NCBI GenBank assembly: GCA_965223155.1
Contig: CBDCVR010000014.1
Location: forward strand, 608,001 to 672,000
From: Candidatus Multivoradales bacterium
GTDB lineage: Bacteria > Acidobacteriota > Thermoanaerobaculia > Multivoradales > JAHEKO01
Reading direction: 5' to 3'
Length of the DNA stretch: 64,000 nt
Positions within the stretch are counted from its first letter, which is position 1. Each line of letters starts with the position of its first letter. The notes under the pieces were generated by a model that was not told the DNA's origin, made no database searches, and worked only from the letters and a program-made list of their open reading frames with translations. A program made the translations under genes and the position numbers. Shown here one piece after another: positions 49,132 through 58,346 of the stretch.

Positions 49132-50691
49132 CTACCAGGGCAGATTGCGAACGACGCGCTCTTCCCGGATCTTCCAGGTGCCGCCTTCCCAACCCAAGCG
49201 CAGCACCTTGCGTACCCGGTCCCGGTAGGTGACCGACTGGTACGACTGGGTGAAACGCACGATCCTCTCGTCGGGCCCGGTCTCGTCAACTTGCATCGCT
49301 ACGACGCTGACCCGAATGGCCCCGGCGGACTCGATCCGGGACCGGCGGCGCTCCTCCCAGCGGCGGCGGCCAACACCGCTCGTGGGAGCAAACTCGCCCG
49401 CGTAGAACGCCAGATAGTCGTCCACGCGCCGGTCCGACCAGGCTCGCGCCCAGGCGCTCACCGTGGCGCGCGGATCGACCGCATCGGGCGCGCTCGCCTC
49501 CCCCGGTAGCGCGACCGAGGAGGACGATCTCTCGCCGGCCACGGGCGCACTTGCCGAGGGTGCGATCGCTGATCCGGTTCTTGGCCCGGTCGCCGAGTCG
49601 GTTCGCGATTGCGTCCCCGACTCGGCGGGCACCGCCGGGCCTTGCTCGAGTCGCTCGACCTTCGGACGCACCCAAAAGAGCTGGAACACGAGGAGGGCGA
49701 AAGCGCCCAGGACCACGGCCAGAATCGTCAACTCGAAAACCCTGCGCCCGGCCAGCGGCGGCTCCTCCGGAGCGGCAACCGCAACCCGGGCCAGGGTATC
49801 GTCCGGCGCCCGCTCGGGCTCCGGCAGCGCCGACGGACGGTTCTCGAGGCCGAGCGACGCCGCCGTGGGCAACTCGGCCTGGACGCCGCCCGGGCGCGGC
49901 ACCGACACCTCCGGCTTGGGAGGGGCCGCGGCTTCAAGGTCTTCGAACTCCTGATCCGCCGGGTCTACCGGCTCGATTTCAGACTCTGGAGCGGCATCGT
50001 CTGTGCCGCTCTCGGAGATTCCGGAGTCCATTCCGCCCGCCGCGGCCGACTCTTCGACCCGCGATCTGAGCTTGCGGTCCACCAGGTCCCGCACGTGCGC
50101 CTCGAAATCGAGCGGAGCTTCGACCGGAGGTACTGGAGCGCCTGGAGCCGTCGGAGACATCGGAGGTATCGGAGGCAGGGCGACCTCGATCGGTCGAGCC
50201 CCGTCGGGCTCCGACCCCTCGGGCTCGGGTCTGTCCGACTCGGGTCTGGCCGACTCGAGTCTGGCCGACTCGCGAGGGGCCTCCCGGGGCTCGACGGAGT
50301 CGCTCTCGTGAACGTCTCGCTCCAGAGCGAACCGATCGGCCTCGGTCTTGTGGTTCTCGACGACGCGATCGATCAGGGCCTGGCTGTCGCCGAGAAGACG
50401 GTTGAAGCGGATGCCGACACCGGCGGGCTTGCCCGGACCGAGCGGCCGATCGCGGCGCCAGACGACCTCCCCCTCGCCTTCGACCAGGGTGAACCCGTCG
50501 GCCAGCGAAAGCACGAAATCCAGCGCCTCACCGACCGCCAGATCGCGATCGGACTCGAGGAACATGCCGCCGCGCGACAGGTTCGCCGCCACCTCGGTCA
50601 GAAAGTCCCGGAAGCTCGCGTACTTGACCCGGACCGGTTGGCGCAAAGGAACGCGCGCTTCGTCGCCACGCTGCCTCTGAACTCCACTCAT
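49132..50691 (-). CDS. PilZ (TIGR02266-like) + acidic linker + TM + NTF2-like periplasmic domain
   Basis: ARVPL…NLSRGGMF…GEVVW…GVGIRF; TM LTILAVVLGAFALLVFQLFW; C-terminal WARAWS…YLAFY…FTQSY.S…K.L…WKI. Confidence 0.8.
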   Translation of the reverse strand: MSGVQRQRGDEARVPLRQPVRVKYASFRDFLTEVAANLSRGGMFLESDRDLAVGEALDFVLSLADGFTLVEGEGEVVWRRDRPLGPGKPAGVGIRFNRLLGDSQALIDRVVENHKTEADRFALERDVHESDSVEPREAPRESARLESARPESDRPEPEGSEPDGARPIEVALPPIPPMSPTAPGAPVPPVEAPLDFEAHVRDLVDRKLRSRVEESAAAGGMDSGISESGTDDAAPESEIEPVDPADQEFEDLEAAAPPKPEVSVPRPGGVQAELPTAASLGLENRPSALPEPERAPDDTLARVAVAAPEEPPLAGRRVFELTILAVVLGAFALLVFQLFWVRPKVERLEQGPAVPAESGTQSRTDSATGPRTGSAIAPSASAPVAGERSSSSVALPGEASAPDAVDPRATVSAWARAWSDRRVDDYLAFYAGEFAPTSGVGRRRWEERRRSRIESAGAIRVSVVAMQVDETGPDERIVRFTQSYQSVTYRDRVRKVLRLGWEGGTWKIREERVVRNLPW

Positions 50692-50925
50692 CTCCGGCTT
50701 TTCTCGAGCGATCCGGCCGCCACTCTCCCCGCTCCGGCCGGCCACCGACCTGCCGCCGAACCCTCAATGTGTTTGTCAGATTTCAAGACTAGCATGCGCC
50801 TGCCACCGCGCCCGGTCCGCACCGGCGCCGCCACTTCGCCAGGCGTGGCAAGGATCGGAGGCTTGCCGTATAATCCCGCCCACACAGCCCACGGGGCTTC
50901 GACAACGCAAGAGGAGAGTGACGGA

Positions 50926-51267
50926 ATGGCCTACGTAATCACCGAAAAGTGCCTGGGCGAACGCTATGCGACCTGCGTCGAGGTCTGTCCTGTGGACTGC
51001 ATCCACCCCGGCGACTACGAACACGACGGCGACTACGGTAACGAGTTCATGGTCATCGACCCCGATGCCTGCATCGATTGCAGCCTGTGCAAGCCGGAGT
51101 GCCCGATCGACGCCATCGTCGAGACCGAGGACGAGGATCCGGAATGGGCCGAGATCAATCGCCGCTTGGCCATCGACGAGGGCTGGAACGAGAACGATCC
51201 GGTCGATCCGCGCGAGCGCTCCGACGAGCCCAAGCGTCCCGACGTCAACGAGATCGTCAACCCGTAA
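50926..51267 (+). CDS. 7Fe (FdxA-type) ferredoxin
   Basis: MAYVITEKC…CVEVCPVDCIH…IDPDACIDCSLCKPECPIDAI; SD GAGGAG; TATAAT at 50869-74. Confidence 0.92.
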   Translation: MAYVITEKCLGERYATCVEVCPVDCIHPGDYEHDGDYGNEFMVIDPDACIDCSLCKPECPIDAIVETEDEDPEWAEINRRLAIDEGWNENDPVDPRERSDEPKRPDVNEIVNP

Positions 51268-51291
51268 ACGCCTCGACAGGAATCAAGCACC

Positions 51292-51323
51292 AGGCCGGCG
51301 CGTGAAGCGCGCCGGCCTTTTTT
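51292..51323 (+). terminator. Intrinsic terminator after ferredoxin
   Basis: AGGCCGGCGCG-TGAAG-CGCGCCGGCCT followed by TTTTT. Confidence 0.9.
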
Positions 51324-51341
51324 GTGCCCGGGCTAGCCAGG

Positions 51342-53177
51342 CTAGGATCCGTAGACGATCTCGATCTGCCGATCCACCCCGGGCACCTCGACCGGCTGTT
51401 CGGAGCCGTCGGGCCAGATCACGACCAACGACTCGACCGCTTCCGAAGCGCCTAGACCGAAGGTCACCGGCAGCTCCGAGTGGGACTGGTAGCTCTTGGC
51501 GGGCCCAACCAGCCGCACCTGGGTCATCCCCCCGGCGGTCAGGACCACCCGCGCGCCGATCGCCTCCGGGTTCTCGGGCGCGCCTTCCAGGCGCACGCGC
51601 AGCCAGTGGTGGCCCGAGGCCTGGTCGTTGCGGAGGAGCAACGGCCGGTCGCCGGTCTGGGTCAGAACAACGTCGAGGTCGCCATCGCCGTCGGCGTCGG
51701 CATAGGCGCTGCCCCGCCCGACGATCTGACGCGCCAGGTCGCCGGTGGACTCGCCCGGCAGTAGCTCGAATCCCACCCGGGCGTCCGGCCCGGCATTCCA
51801 GAAGAGCTGGGTCTCCTGGCGATAGGTCTGGCTCGGATCCACTGTATTGATCTCGCTCTCGAGATGACCGTTGGCCTGGAGGACGTCCAGCCGCCCGTCC
51901 AGATCCACGTCCAGAAACAGCACGCCGAAGGACAGCGCCTGCCTGCTGGGCGCGCCGATGCCCTCGCCGATCGCCTCGTCGGCGAACAGGGTCGGATCCC
52001 CCTGGGCCAGGTAGAGCGAGGTCATCTCGTTGGCGAAGTTGCCGATGGCAAAGCCCAGCTCGGGGTCGTTGCGGAAGTAGGCAGCGTCAACCCCCATGGC
52101 GCCGGTGGCCTCGCCCTGGCGGCCATAGGCGACGCCCCAGTACTCCCCGACCTCCTCGAACTTGCCGTCACCCAAGTTGTGGAAGAGAAAGTTTCGCACG
52201 GTGTCGTTGGCGACGAAGAGATCCATGCGGCCGTCCAGGTCCACATCCACCGGCGCCACGCCCAGCCCCTTGCCGACCGGCACCCCGGTGGCCTGGTTGG
52301 CGACCCGGATGCCGGCTTCTTCGGAAACGTCGGTGAAGGCTCCGCCGCCGTCGTTCCGGTAGAGCCGCGAGTGGGTACCCTCGTAGTTGACCGGCGGTCC
52401 GTAGGCCTTCCCGACGCCGGTTAGACGGTAGTCCACCTCGCGATCGATATCGCGCGACCAGGTGACGTAGTTGGCGACAAACAGGTCCAGATCGCCGTCG
52501 CCGTCGGAATCGAAGAAGGCCGCCCCGGTGGACCAGTCGGTTTCGTCGCCGGAGACACCTGCTTGATCGGTGACATCGACGAACCCCGCGGGAGTGTTCC
52601 GGTAGAGGCGGTTCGACCCCACCGCCGCCAGAAACAGATCGCTCCGGCCGTCGCCGTCGTAGTCGCCGATGGCCATGCCCGTGCCGTAAAGCGGCTGGTC
52701 GAGGCCCACCGCCGCGGTGACGTCTTCGAAGGCGCCACCGCCGTCGTTCGCGTAGAGCCGGCTGGTCGTGCCCGAGCCGCCAGTGCCCGAGTGGGGCCAG
52801 GGCTTCGAATTGACCAGCAGGAGATCCTGGTCCCCATCGCCGTCGTAGTCGAAAAACGCCGCGCCCGACCCCATCGTTTCCGGCAGGAGCTTCTCGCCGG
52901 TGGCGCCGTTCTCGTGGACGAAGTCGATGCCCGCGGCCGCGCCGATCTCGGTGAACTCCAAGGTGGGACGATCCGTCAGGACCGCCACCTCGCGCGGAGC
53001 CTCCTTCTGAATGGTGACCTCGGGAGCCTCGTCGCCGGCCCTCCCGCCGAACCAAACCAGCCCCAGAACGACGGCGGCGAGCAGACCGAAGATCACGAGC
53101 GACCGCCGAAACCAGACGCCGATGACCTCGTCGTCGGATTCGTGGAGATCGTTTCGTTCGTCTTCGTACTCGGTCAT
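51342..53177 (-). CDS. CRTAC1-family protein (FG-GAP repeats + ASPIC/UnbV), N-terminal TM anchor
   Basis: Repeated D.DGDG..DL motifs, ETMGSG, GMG, GRG.A..D.D.DGD.D, AIGARV and FGLG…WPDG. Confidence 0.92.
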   Translation of the reverse strand: MTEYEDERNDLHESDDEVIGVWFRRSLVIFGLLAAVVLGLVWFGGRAGDEAPEVTIQKEAPREVAVLTDRPTLEFTEIGAAAGIDFVHENGATGEKLLPETMGSGAAFFDYDGDGDQDLLLVNSKPWPHSGTGGSGTTSRLYANDGGGAFEDVTAAVGLDQPLYGTGMAIGDYDGDGRSDLFLAAVGSNRLYRNTPAGFVDVTDQAGVSGDETDWSTGAAFFDSDGDGDLDLFVANYVTWSRDIDREVDYRLTGVGKAYGPPVNYEGTHSRLYRNDGGGAFTDVSEEAGIRVANQATGVPVGKGLGVAPVDVDLDGRMDLFVANDTVRNFLFHNLGDGKFEEVGEYWGVAYGRQGEATGAMGVDAAYFRNDPELGFAIGNFANEMTSLYLAQGDPTLFADEAIGEGIGAPSRQALSFGVLFLDVDLDGRLDVLQANGHLESEINTVDPSQTYRQETQLFWNAGPDARVGFELLPGESTGDLARQIVGRGSAYADADGDGDLDVVLTQTGDRPLLLRNDQASGHHWLRVRLEGAPENPEAIGARVVLTAGGMTQVRLVGPAKSYQSHSELPVTFGLGASEAVESLVVIWPDGSEQPVEVPGVDRQIEIVYGS

Positions 53178-53470
53178 CGTTCGTACTCCTCTTGGGGAGC
53201 TTGGCGCATCGCGTCCGGACGTCTGCGTTCGCCAGCCCGGAAGAACCCAGAATCGGGCCCGCCGGCGATTCTAGCCGGATCCTCCGGAACCCTGCCTACC
53301 CGCCCAGACGGGATCCGGACCGAGCGCCGGACGGAAACAACTCCTGCCCTCGAGACGCCTCGGCACCGTGGCCGAAGCCGCCTCCCGGCTATACAATGAC
53401 GCGTTTCCGCGCCGCCGGATCGCTACGGCGACCGGCCCGAGCACCGGTCCACCCAAACCTCAACGCCACG

Positions 53471-54664
53471 ATGATCCGTCTACTGCTCGACGCCGAGGTC
53501 TTCGCACCCGAACCGCTTGGGCAATGCACGGTCGCCGTGTGGGGTTCGAAGATCCTCTGGGTTGGCGACTCCACCTGGCCGGAGATCCCCGGCGGCCCGG
53601 CGGTGGAGCGCGTCCATCTCGACAGTCTGCGGCTCGTTCCCGGCCTGATCGACGGCCACGTCCATGTCACCGGCGGCGGCGGCGAGTCGGGCCCATCGAG
53701 CCGGGTGCCACCGCTCGGGCTATCCGAGTTCACCCGCCACGGCATCACCACCGTGGTCGGGCTCCTGGGCACCGACGATCTCACCCGCACCCCGGCCTCG
53801 CTGGTGACCGCGGTGCGCGGGCTGGCCGAGCAAGGACTGACCGCCTACTGCTACACCGGCGGCTACCATCTGCCGCCGGCCACCATCACGGGCAGCGTGC
53901 GCGGCGACATCGTCTTCGTGGACCCGGTGATCGGCCTTGGCGAGCTCGCGATCAGCGACCATCGCTCCAGCCAACCCACACTCGACGAGCTGCTTCGCCT
54001 GGCCAGTGAGACCCACGTGGCCGGCCTCATGACCGGCAAGGCCGGTATCGTGCACCTCCACTTGGGCGACGGCCCGCGCGGCTTGGACTTGGTGCGCCGG
54101 GCGCTGGAGGGCTCCGAGCTGCCTCCCCGGACCTTCCACCCGACCCACGTCAACCGGCGCCAGGCCCTCTTCGAGGAGGCTTTGGAGCTCGCTCGGCGAG
54201 GGGTCACGATCGACGTCACCGCCTTCCCCGAGGACGCCGCCAGCACGGCACCCGATGAGCTTGCGGCCGCCGCCGCCATCGAGGCCTTTCTCGAGACCGA
54301 CCTGCCGCGCGAGCGCCTGACGGTAAGCTCGGACGGCGGTGGCTGCCTGCCCGCCTTCGACGCCGACGGCGGGTTGCGGGCGATGGACGTGGCCCGACCC
54401 GGGGCCCTGCTCGAGTGCCTCGTGAGACTTCTCGCCCGCGGCCGCACGCCCGAGGAAGTGCTTCCCATGTTCACCAGCAACGTCGCCCAGCTTCTGCGGC
54501 TACCGGCCAAGGGCCGCATCGATGTTGGCGCCGACGCCGATCTGATCGCGCTCGACGCGGACGGAGCGGTACGCTACGCCATGGCGCGCGGTGTCTGGCA
54601 CGTGAAAGCCGGAGCCCCGGTCCGTTTCGGCCCCTTCGAGCACCGGCCCGAGGAGGCATCGTGA
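53471..54664 (+). CDS. iadA: Isoaspartyl dipeptidase (metal-dependent)
   Basis: PGLIDGHVHVTGGGGE, GITTVVGLLGTD, GELAISDHRSSQP, HLGDG, PTHVNR and SSDGGG. Confidence 0.93.
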   Translation: MIRLLLDAEVFAPEPLGQCTVAVWGSKILWVGDSTWPEIPGGPAVERVHLDSLRLVPGLIDGHVHVTGGGGESGPSSRVPPLGLSEFTRHGITTVVGLLGTDDLTRTPASLVTAVRGLAEQGLTAYCYTGGYHLPPATITGSVRGDIVFVDPVIGLGELAISDHRSSQPTLDELLRLASETHVAGLMTGKAGIVHLHLGDGPRGLDLVRRALEGSELPPRTFHPTHVNRRQALFEEALELARRGVTIDVTAFPEDAASTAPDELAAAAAIEAFLETDLPRERLTVSSDGGGCLPAFDADGGLRAMDVARPGALLECLVRLLARGRTPEEVLPMFTSNVAQLLRLPAKGRIDVGADADLIALDADGAVRYAMARGVWHVKAGAPVRFGPFEHRPEEAS

Positions 54665-55515
54665 CGCGGGGAGCGATCGTCCCGATCGGAGGGGCCGAGG
54701 AGAAGTTCCGGGATCCCGAGATCCTGCGCCGCTTCGCCGAGCTATGCGGCGGCCGGCGGGCCCGCATTGCTATCATCCCGACCGCCTCGCAACTCGAGGA
54801 CACGGGTCCCGGCTACGAGCGCATCTTCCGGGATCTCGGCGTCGGAGCCACCAGATCCCTACCCCTCGAGACCCGGCAGGACTGCAGCGACCCAAAGTGG
54901 CTGCGCCGCATCGAGCGGGCCGACGGGGTGTTTCTGACCGGCGGCAACCAACTCCGGCTCTCGACCACCATCGGCGGAACCGAGCTCGCCGACCTCATCC
55001 GCGAGCGCAACCGCGACCAGGGCCTGCACGTCGCCGGCACTTCCGCCGGCGCGGCCTTCCTGTCCGAACACATGATCGCCTTCGGCGCCGAAGGCTCGAC
55101 CCCGCAGGCCGATCTGGTCACCCTGGCTCCGGGGCTGGGACTCACGACTTCGGCGATCATCGATCAGCATTTCCGGCAGCGGGATCGTCTGGGGCGCTTG
55201 CTCTCGGCGCTTGCGTACAACCCGCGGCCCATCGGCATCGGCCTGGACGAGGACACGGCGGCATTCATCGACGGCTCGGAGCGGCTCGAGGTCCTGGGCA
55301 GCGGCGCCATCACCGTCGTCGACCCGTCTGACCTCGAGTACTCCTCGATGGACTCGGCCCACCAGTCCGACAGCGTTTGCATGCTCAACGTGCGCCTGCA
55401 CATCCTGACCGATGGCGCCGCCTTCGACATCCGTTCCCGCCGAGCCTACCCGCCGCGCGTGCGAGAGCAGAAACAAGAGAGCCCTCGGCGTGGCCGCCAG
55501 GTGTTGACCACATGA
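54661..55515 (+). CDS. cphB: Cyanophycinase
   Basis: GTG 54661 overlaps the iadA stop; IGGAEEK, IPTAS, TGGNQLRL, AGTSAGA, DQHFRQRDRLGRL and GLDEDT. Confidence 0.95.
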   Translation: MTRGAIVPIGGAEEKFRDPEILRRFAELCGGRRARIAIIPTASQLEDTGPGYERIFRDLGVGATRSLPLETRQDCSDPKWLRRIERADGVFLTGGNQLRLSTTIGGTELADLIRERNRDQGLHVAGTSAGAAFLSEHMIAFGAEGSTPQADLVTLAPGLGLTTSAIIDQHFRQRDRLGRLLSALAYNPRPIGIGLDEDTAAFIDGSERLEVLGSGAITVVDPSDLEYSSMDSAHQSDSVCMLNVRLHILTDGAAFDIRSRRAYPPRVREQKQESPRRGRQVLTT

Positions 55516-58289
55516 AGATCCTCAGCCGCTCGGTCTATCTGGGCCCGAGCCTCTACGCTCACTTCCCGGTCATCCGGTTGGTCGTGGATCTGGAGGAGTT
55601 GGAGGACTGGCCGAGCGGACGGCTCGGGGCACCTTTTGTCGACTCTCTCCTCGAAGCACTGCCCGGTCTCAGCGAGCACGGCTGCTCCTACCGCACCCCC
55701 GGCGGCTTCGTGCGCCGGTTGACCGAGGACGACGGCACCTGGATGGGCCACGTCCTCGAGCACGTGGCCATCGAGCTCCAGAACGTCGCCGGCGCCAGGG
55801 TCACCTTCGGCAAGACCCGGAGCACCGGCGAGCCAGGACACTACGACGTCGTCTACCAGTACGAGCAGGAGGACGTGGGCCTGGCCGCCGGCCGGCTCGC
55901 CCTGGAGCTGATCGACCACTTGCTGCCGGAGGAGCTTCGGACCGGCGGCGCCGAATTCGACTGGCCCGAAGCCCGGGACGGCTTCATCCGCTCGGCCCAA
56001 CGCCGGGCCCTGGGACCCAGCACCGCCGCTCTGGTAGCGGCCGCCGAAGAGCGCGACATCCCTTCCCTGCGGCTCAACCGCTACAGCCTGGTCCAGCTCG
56101 GCCATGGCAAGTACGGCAAGAAGATCCAGGCCACGGTGACCGGCGAGACCCGGCACATCGCGGTGGAGATGGCCTCCGACAAGGAAGAAACCAACAAGCT
56201 TCTGGGCGACCTGGGCCTACCGGTCCCCAAGCAGCGCCTGGTCTACAGTCCGCGCGAGGCGGTGCGGGCCGCCGAACGGGTCGGCTACCCGGTCGTGGTC
56301 AAGCCACTCAACGCCAACCACGGCCGCGGCGTCTCGATCAACCTGGACACGGCCGAGGCGGTCGAGACCGCCTTCGCCAACGCTCGCGAGCACGGCCGCA
56401 CGGTTCTGGTCGAAAGCTTCATCACCGGCCTCGACCACCGCCTGCTGGTGGTCGATGGTGAGCTCATCGCGGCCTCGAAGCGCGTGCCCGGTCACGTCGT
56501 CGGAGACGGCCGGCACACCATCGAAGAGCTGGTCGAGATCGTCAACTCGGATCCGCGCCGCGGCATCGGCCACGAAAAGGTCCTGACCCGGCTGGAGTTC
56601 GATCACCAAGCCGAGAGGCTGCTGGCGCTCGCCGGGTTGGAACGCGACAGCGTGCCCGAGGAAGGCCGCACCGTCTATCTGCGATCCACCGCGAATCTCT
56701 CCACCGGCGGCACCGCGGTTGACGTCACCGACGAGGTTCATCCCGACAACCGGCAGATGGCGATTCGCGCCGCCGGCGCCGTCGGGCTGGACGTCGCCGG
56801 CGTCGACTTCCTGACCGACGACATCTCGCGCTCGTTTCATGAGACCGGAGGCGCCATCTGCGAGGTGAACGCGGCGCCCGGCTTCCGCATGCACGTCGCA
56901 CCGAGCGAGGGCACGCCGCGGGACGCCGCCGGACCGGTCATGGACATGCTGTTCCCACCGGGTGCCCCGTCGCGCATCCCCATCGCCTCGATCACCGGCA
57001 CCAACGGCAAGACGACCACCAGCCGGATGGTGGCGCACATCCTCAAGCTCTCGGGCCATACCGTGGGGCTGACGACCTCGGACGGCGTCTACATCGATGG
57101 GCACCTGACGGTGCCGGGTGACATGACCGGACCGGTGGCGGCGCGCATGGTTCTGCGCGATCCGACCGTTGACGCCGCCGTCCTCGAGACCGCCCGCGGC
57201 GGCCTGCTGAGAGCCGGCATGGGCTACCGGCGCTGCAACGTCGGCGCCGTGCTGAACGTCGAGGCCGATCATCTCGGCTTGCGTGGCATCGACACCATGC
57301 AGGACCTGGCGCGAGTCAAGAGGATCGTCGCCGAGGTCGCTCGGGACACCGCGGTGCTTAACGCGGACGACCCCCTGTGCCTGCAGATGGGCGACTACAC
57401 CAAGGCCGAGCACCTCTGCTACGTCACCATGAACGCCCGTCATCCCCTGGTCCGGGAACACATCCGTGCCGACGGCCGCGCCGTCGTCCTGGAAGAAGGC
57501 ATGAACGGGCACATGATCGCCATCTATGACGGCGGCACCCACATCCCGCTGCTCTGGACCCATCTCATCCCGGCCACCCTCGAGGGCCGGGCTCTCCACA
57601 ACGTCCAGAACGCCATGTTCGCGGTCGCCGTCGCCTACAGCCTGGGCGTGGTCCTGGACGACATCCGGCAGGGCCTGCGCACCTTCGACAGCTCCTACTT
57701 TCAGGCTCCCGGGCGCATGAACGTCTTCGACCAGCATCCGTTCAAGGTCGTGCTCGACTACGCCCACAACCCCCATGCCGTGCGGGCGATCGTGCGTCTG
57801 GCCGACAATCTGGACGCGGTCGGGAAAAAGCTCTGCGTCGTGGCCGCGCCGGGCGACCGCCGGGATGAGGACATCGAGGCCATCGCCCAGGCCTGCGCGG
57901 GCCACTTCGACCGCTACATCTGCCGCCGGGACGACAACACCCGCGGCCGGGACGGCGACGAGGTGCCGCGGCTCCTGAAGCGAGCCCTGGTCGGGGCCGG
58001 CGTGGACGAGTCGGTCATCGAGGAGATCCCGGACGAGCAGACCGCGATCCATGCGGCCCTGTCCGAGGCCGGGCACGGCGATCTGCTGCTGATCCTGGGC
58101 GACGACATCAAGCGATGCTGGGATCAGATCACCCGCTTCTCGCCCGATCTCGAGGCACCGGCGGCGGCGGCGCCCTCACCACGGGTTCCGGAGCCGGTGG
58201 ACCTGCCCGAGTTCGAGCTTCCCGGCGCCGACAAGCTGATCCGCGACGGGCGCGGCGTGCGCCTGGCCCGCGAGGAAGAGAACGACTGA
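55512..58289 (+). CDS. cphA: Cyanophycin synthetase CphA1
   Basis: N domain (CSY…GTWMGHVLEH), GPST, ATP-grasp (VVKPLNANHGRGV, ANLSTGG, EVNAAPG) and Mur domain (ITGTNGKTT, ETARGG, DHLG, DYAHN, GDRR). Confidence 0.96.
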   Translation: MKILSRSVYLGPSLYAHFPVIRLVVDLEELEDWPSGRLGAPFVDSLLEALPGLSEHGCSYRTPGGFVRRLTEDDGTWMGHVLEHVAIELQNVAGARVTFGKTRSTGEPGHYDVVYQYEQEDVGLAAGRLALELIDHLLPEELRTGGAEFDWPEARDGFIRSAQRRALGPSTAALVAAAEERDIPSLRLNRYSLVQLGHGKYGKKIQATVTGETRHIAVEMASDKEETNKLLGDLGLPVPKQRLVYSPREAVRAAERVGYPVVVKPLNANHGRGVSINLDTAEAVETAFANAREHGRTVLVESFITGLDHRLLVVDGELIAASKRVPGHVVGDGRHTIEELVEIVNSDPRRGIGHEKVLTRLEFDHQAERLLALAGLERDSVPEEGRTVYLRSTANLSTGGTAVDVTDEVHPDNRQMAIRAAGAVGLDVAGVDFLTDDISRSFHETGGAICEVNAAPGFRMHVAPSEGTPRDAAGPVMDMLFPPGAPSRIPIASITGTNGKTTTSRMVAHILKLSGHTVGLTTSDGVYIDGHLTVPGDMTGPVAARMVLRDPTVDAAVLETARGGLLRAGMGYRRCNVGAVLNVEADHLGLRGIDTMQDLARVKRIVAEVARDTAVLNADDPLCLQMGDYTKAEHLCYVTMNARHPLVREHIRADGRAVVLEEGMNGHMIAIYDGGTHIPLLWTHLIPATLEGRALHNVQNAMFAVAVAYSLGVVLDDIRQGLRTFDSSYFQAPGRMNVFDQHPFKVVLDYAHNPHAVRAIVRLADNLDAVGKKLCVVAAPGDRRDEDIEAIAQACAGHFDRYICRRDDNTRGRDGDEVPRLLKRALVGAGVDESVIEEIPDEQTAIHAALSEAGHGDLLLILGDDIKRCWDQITRFSPDLEAPAAAAPSPRVPEPVDLPEFELPGADKLIRDGRGVRLAREEEND

Positions 58290-58346
58290 GCGGGACCCGG
58301 CGCCGTACCCGAGATCGAAGACCCCAGATCCGCCGAAGGTCTGCAG

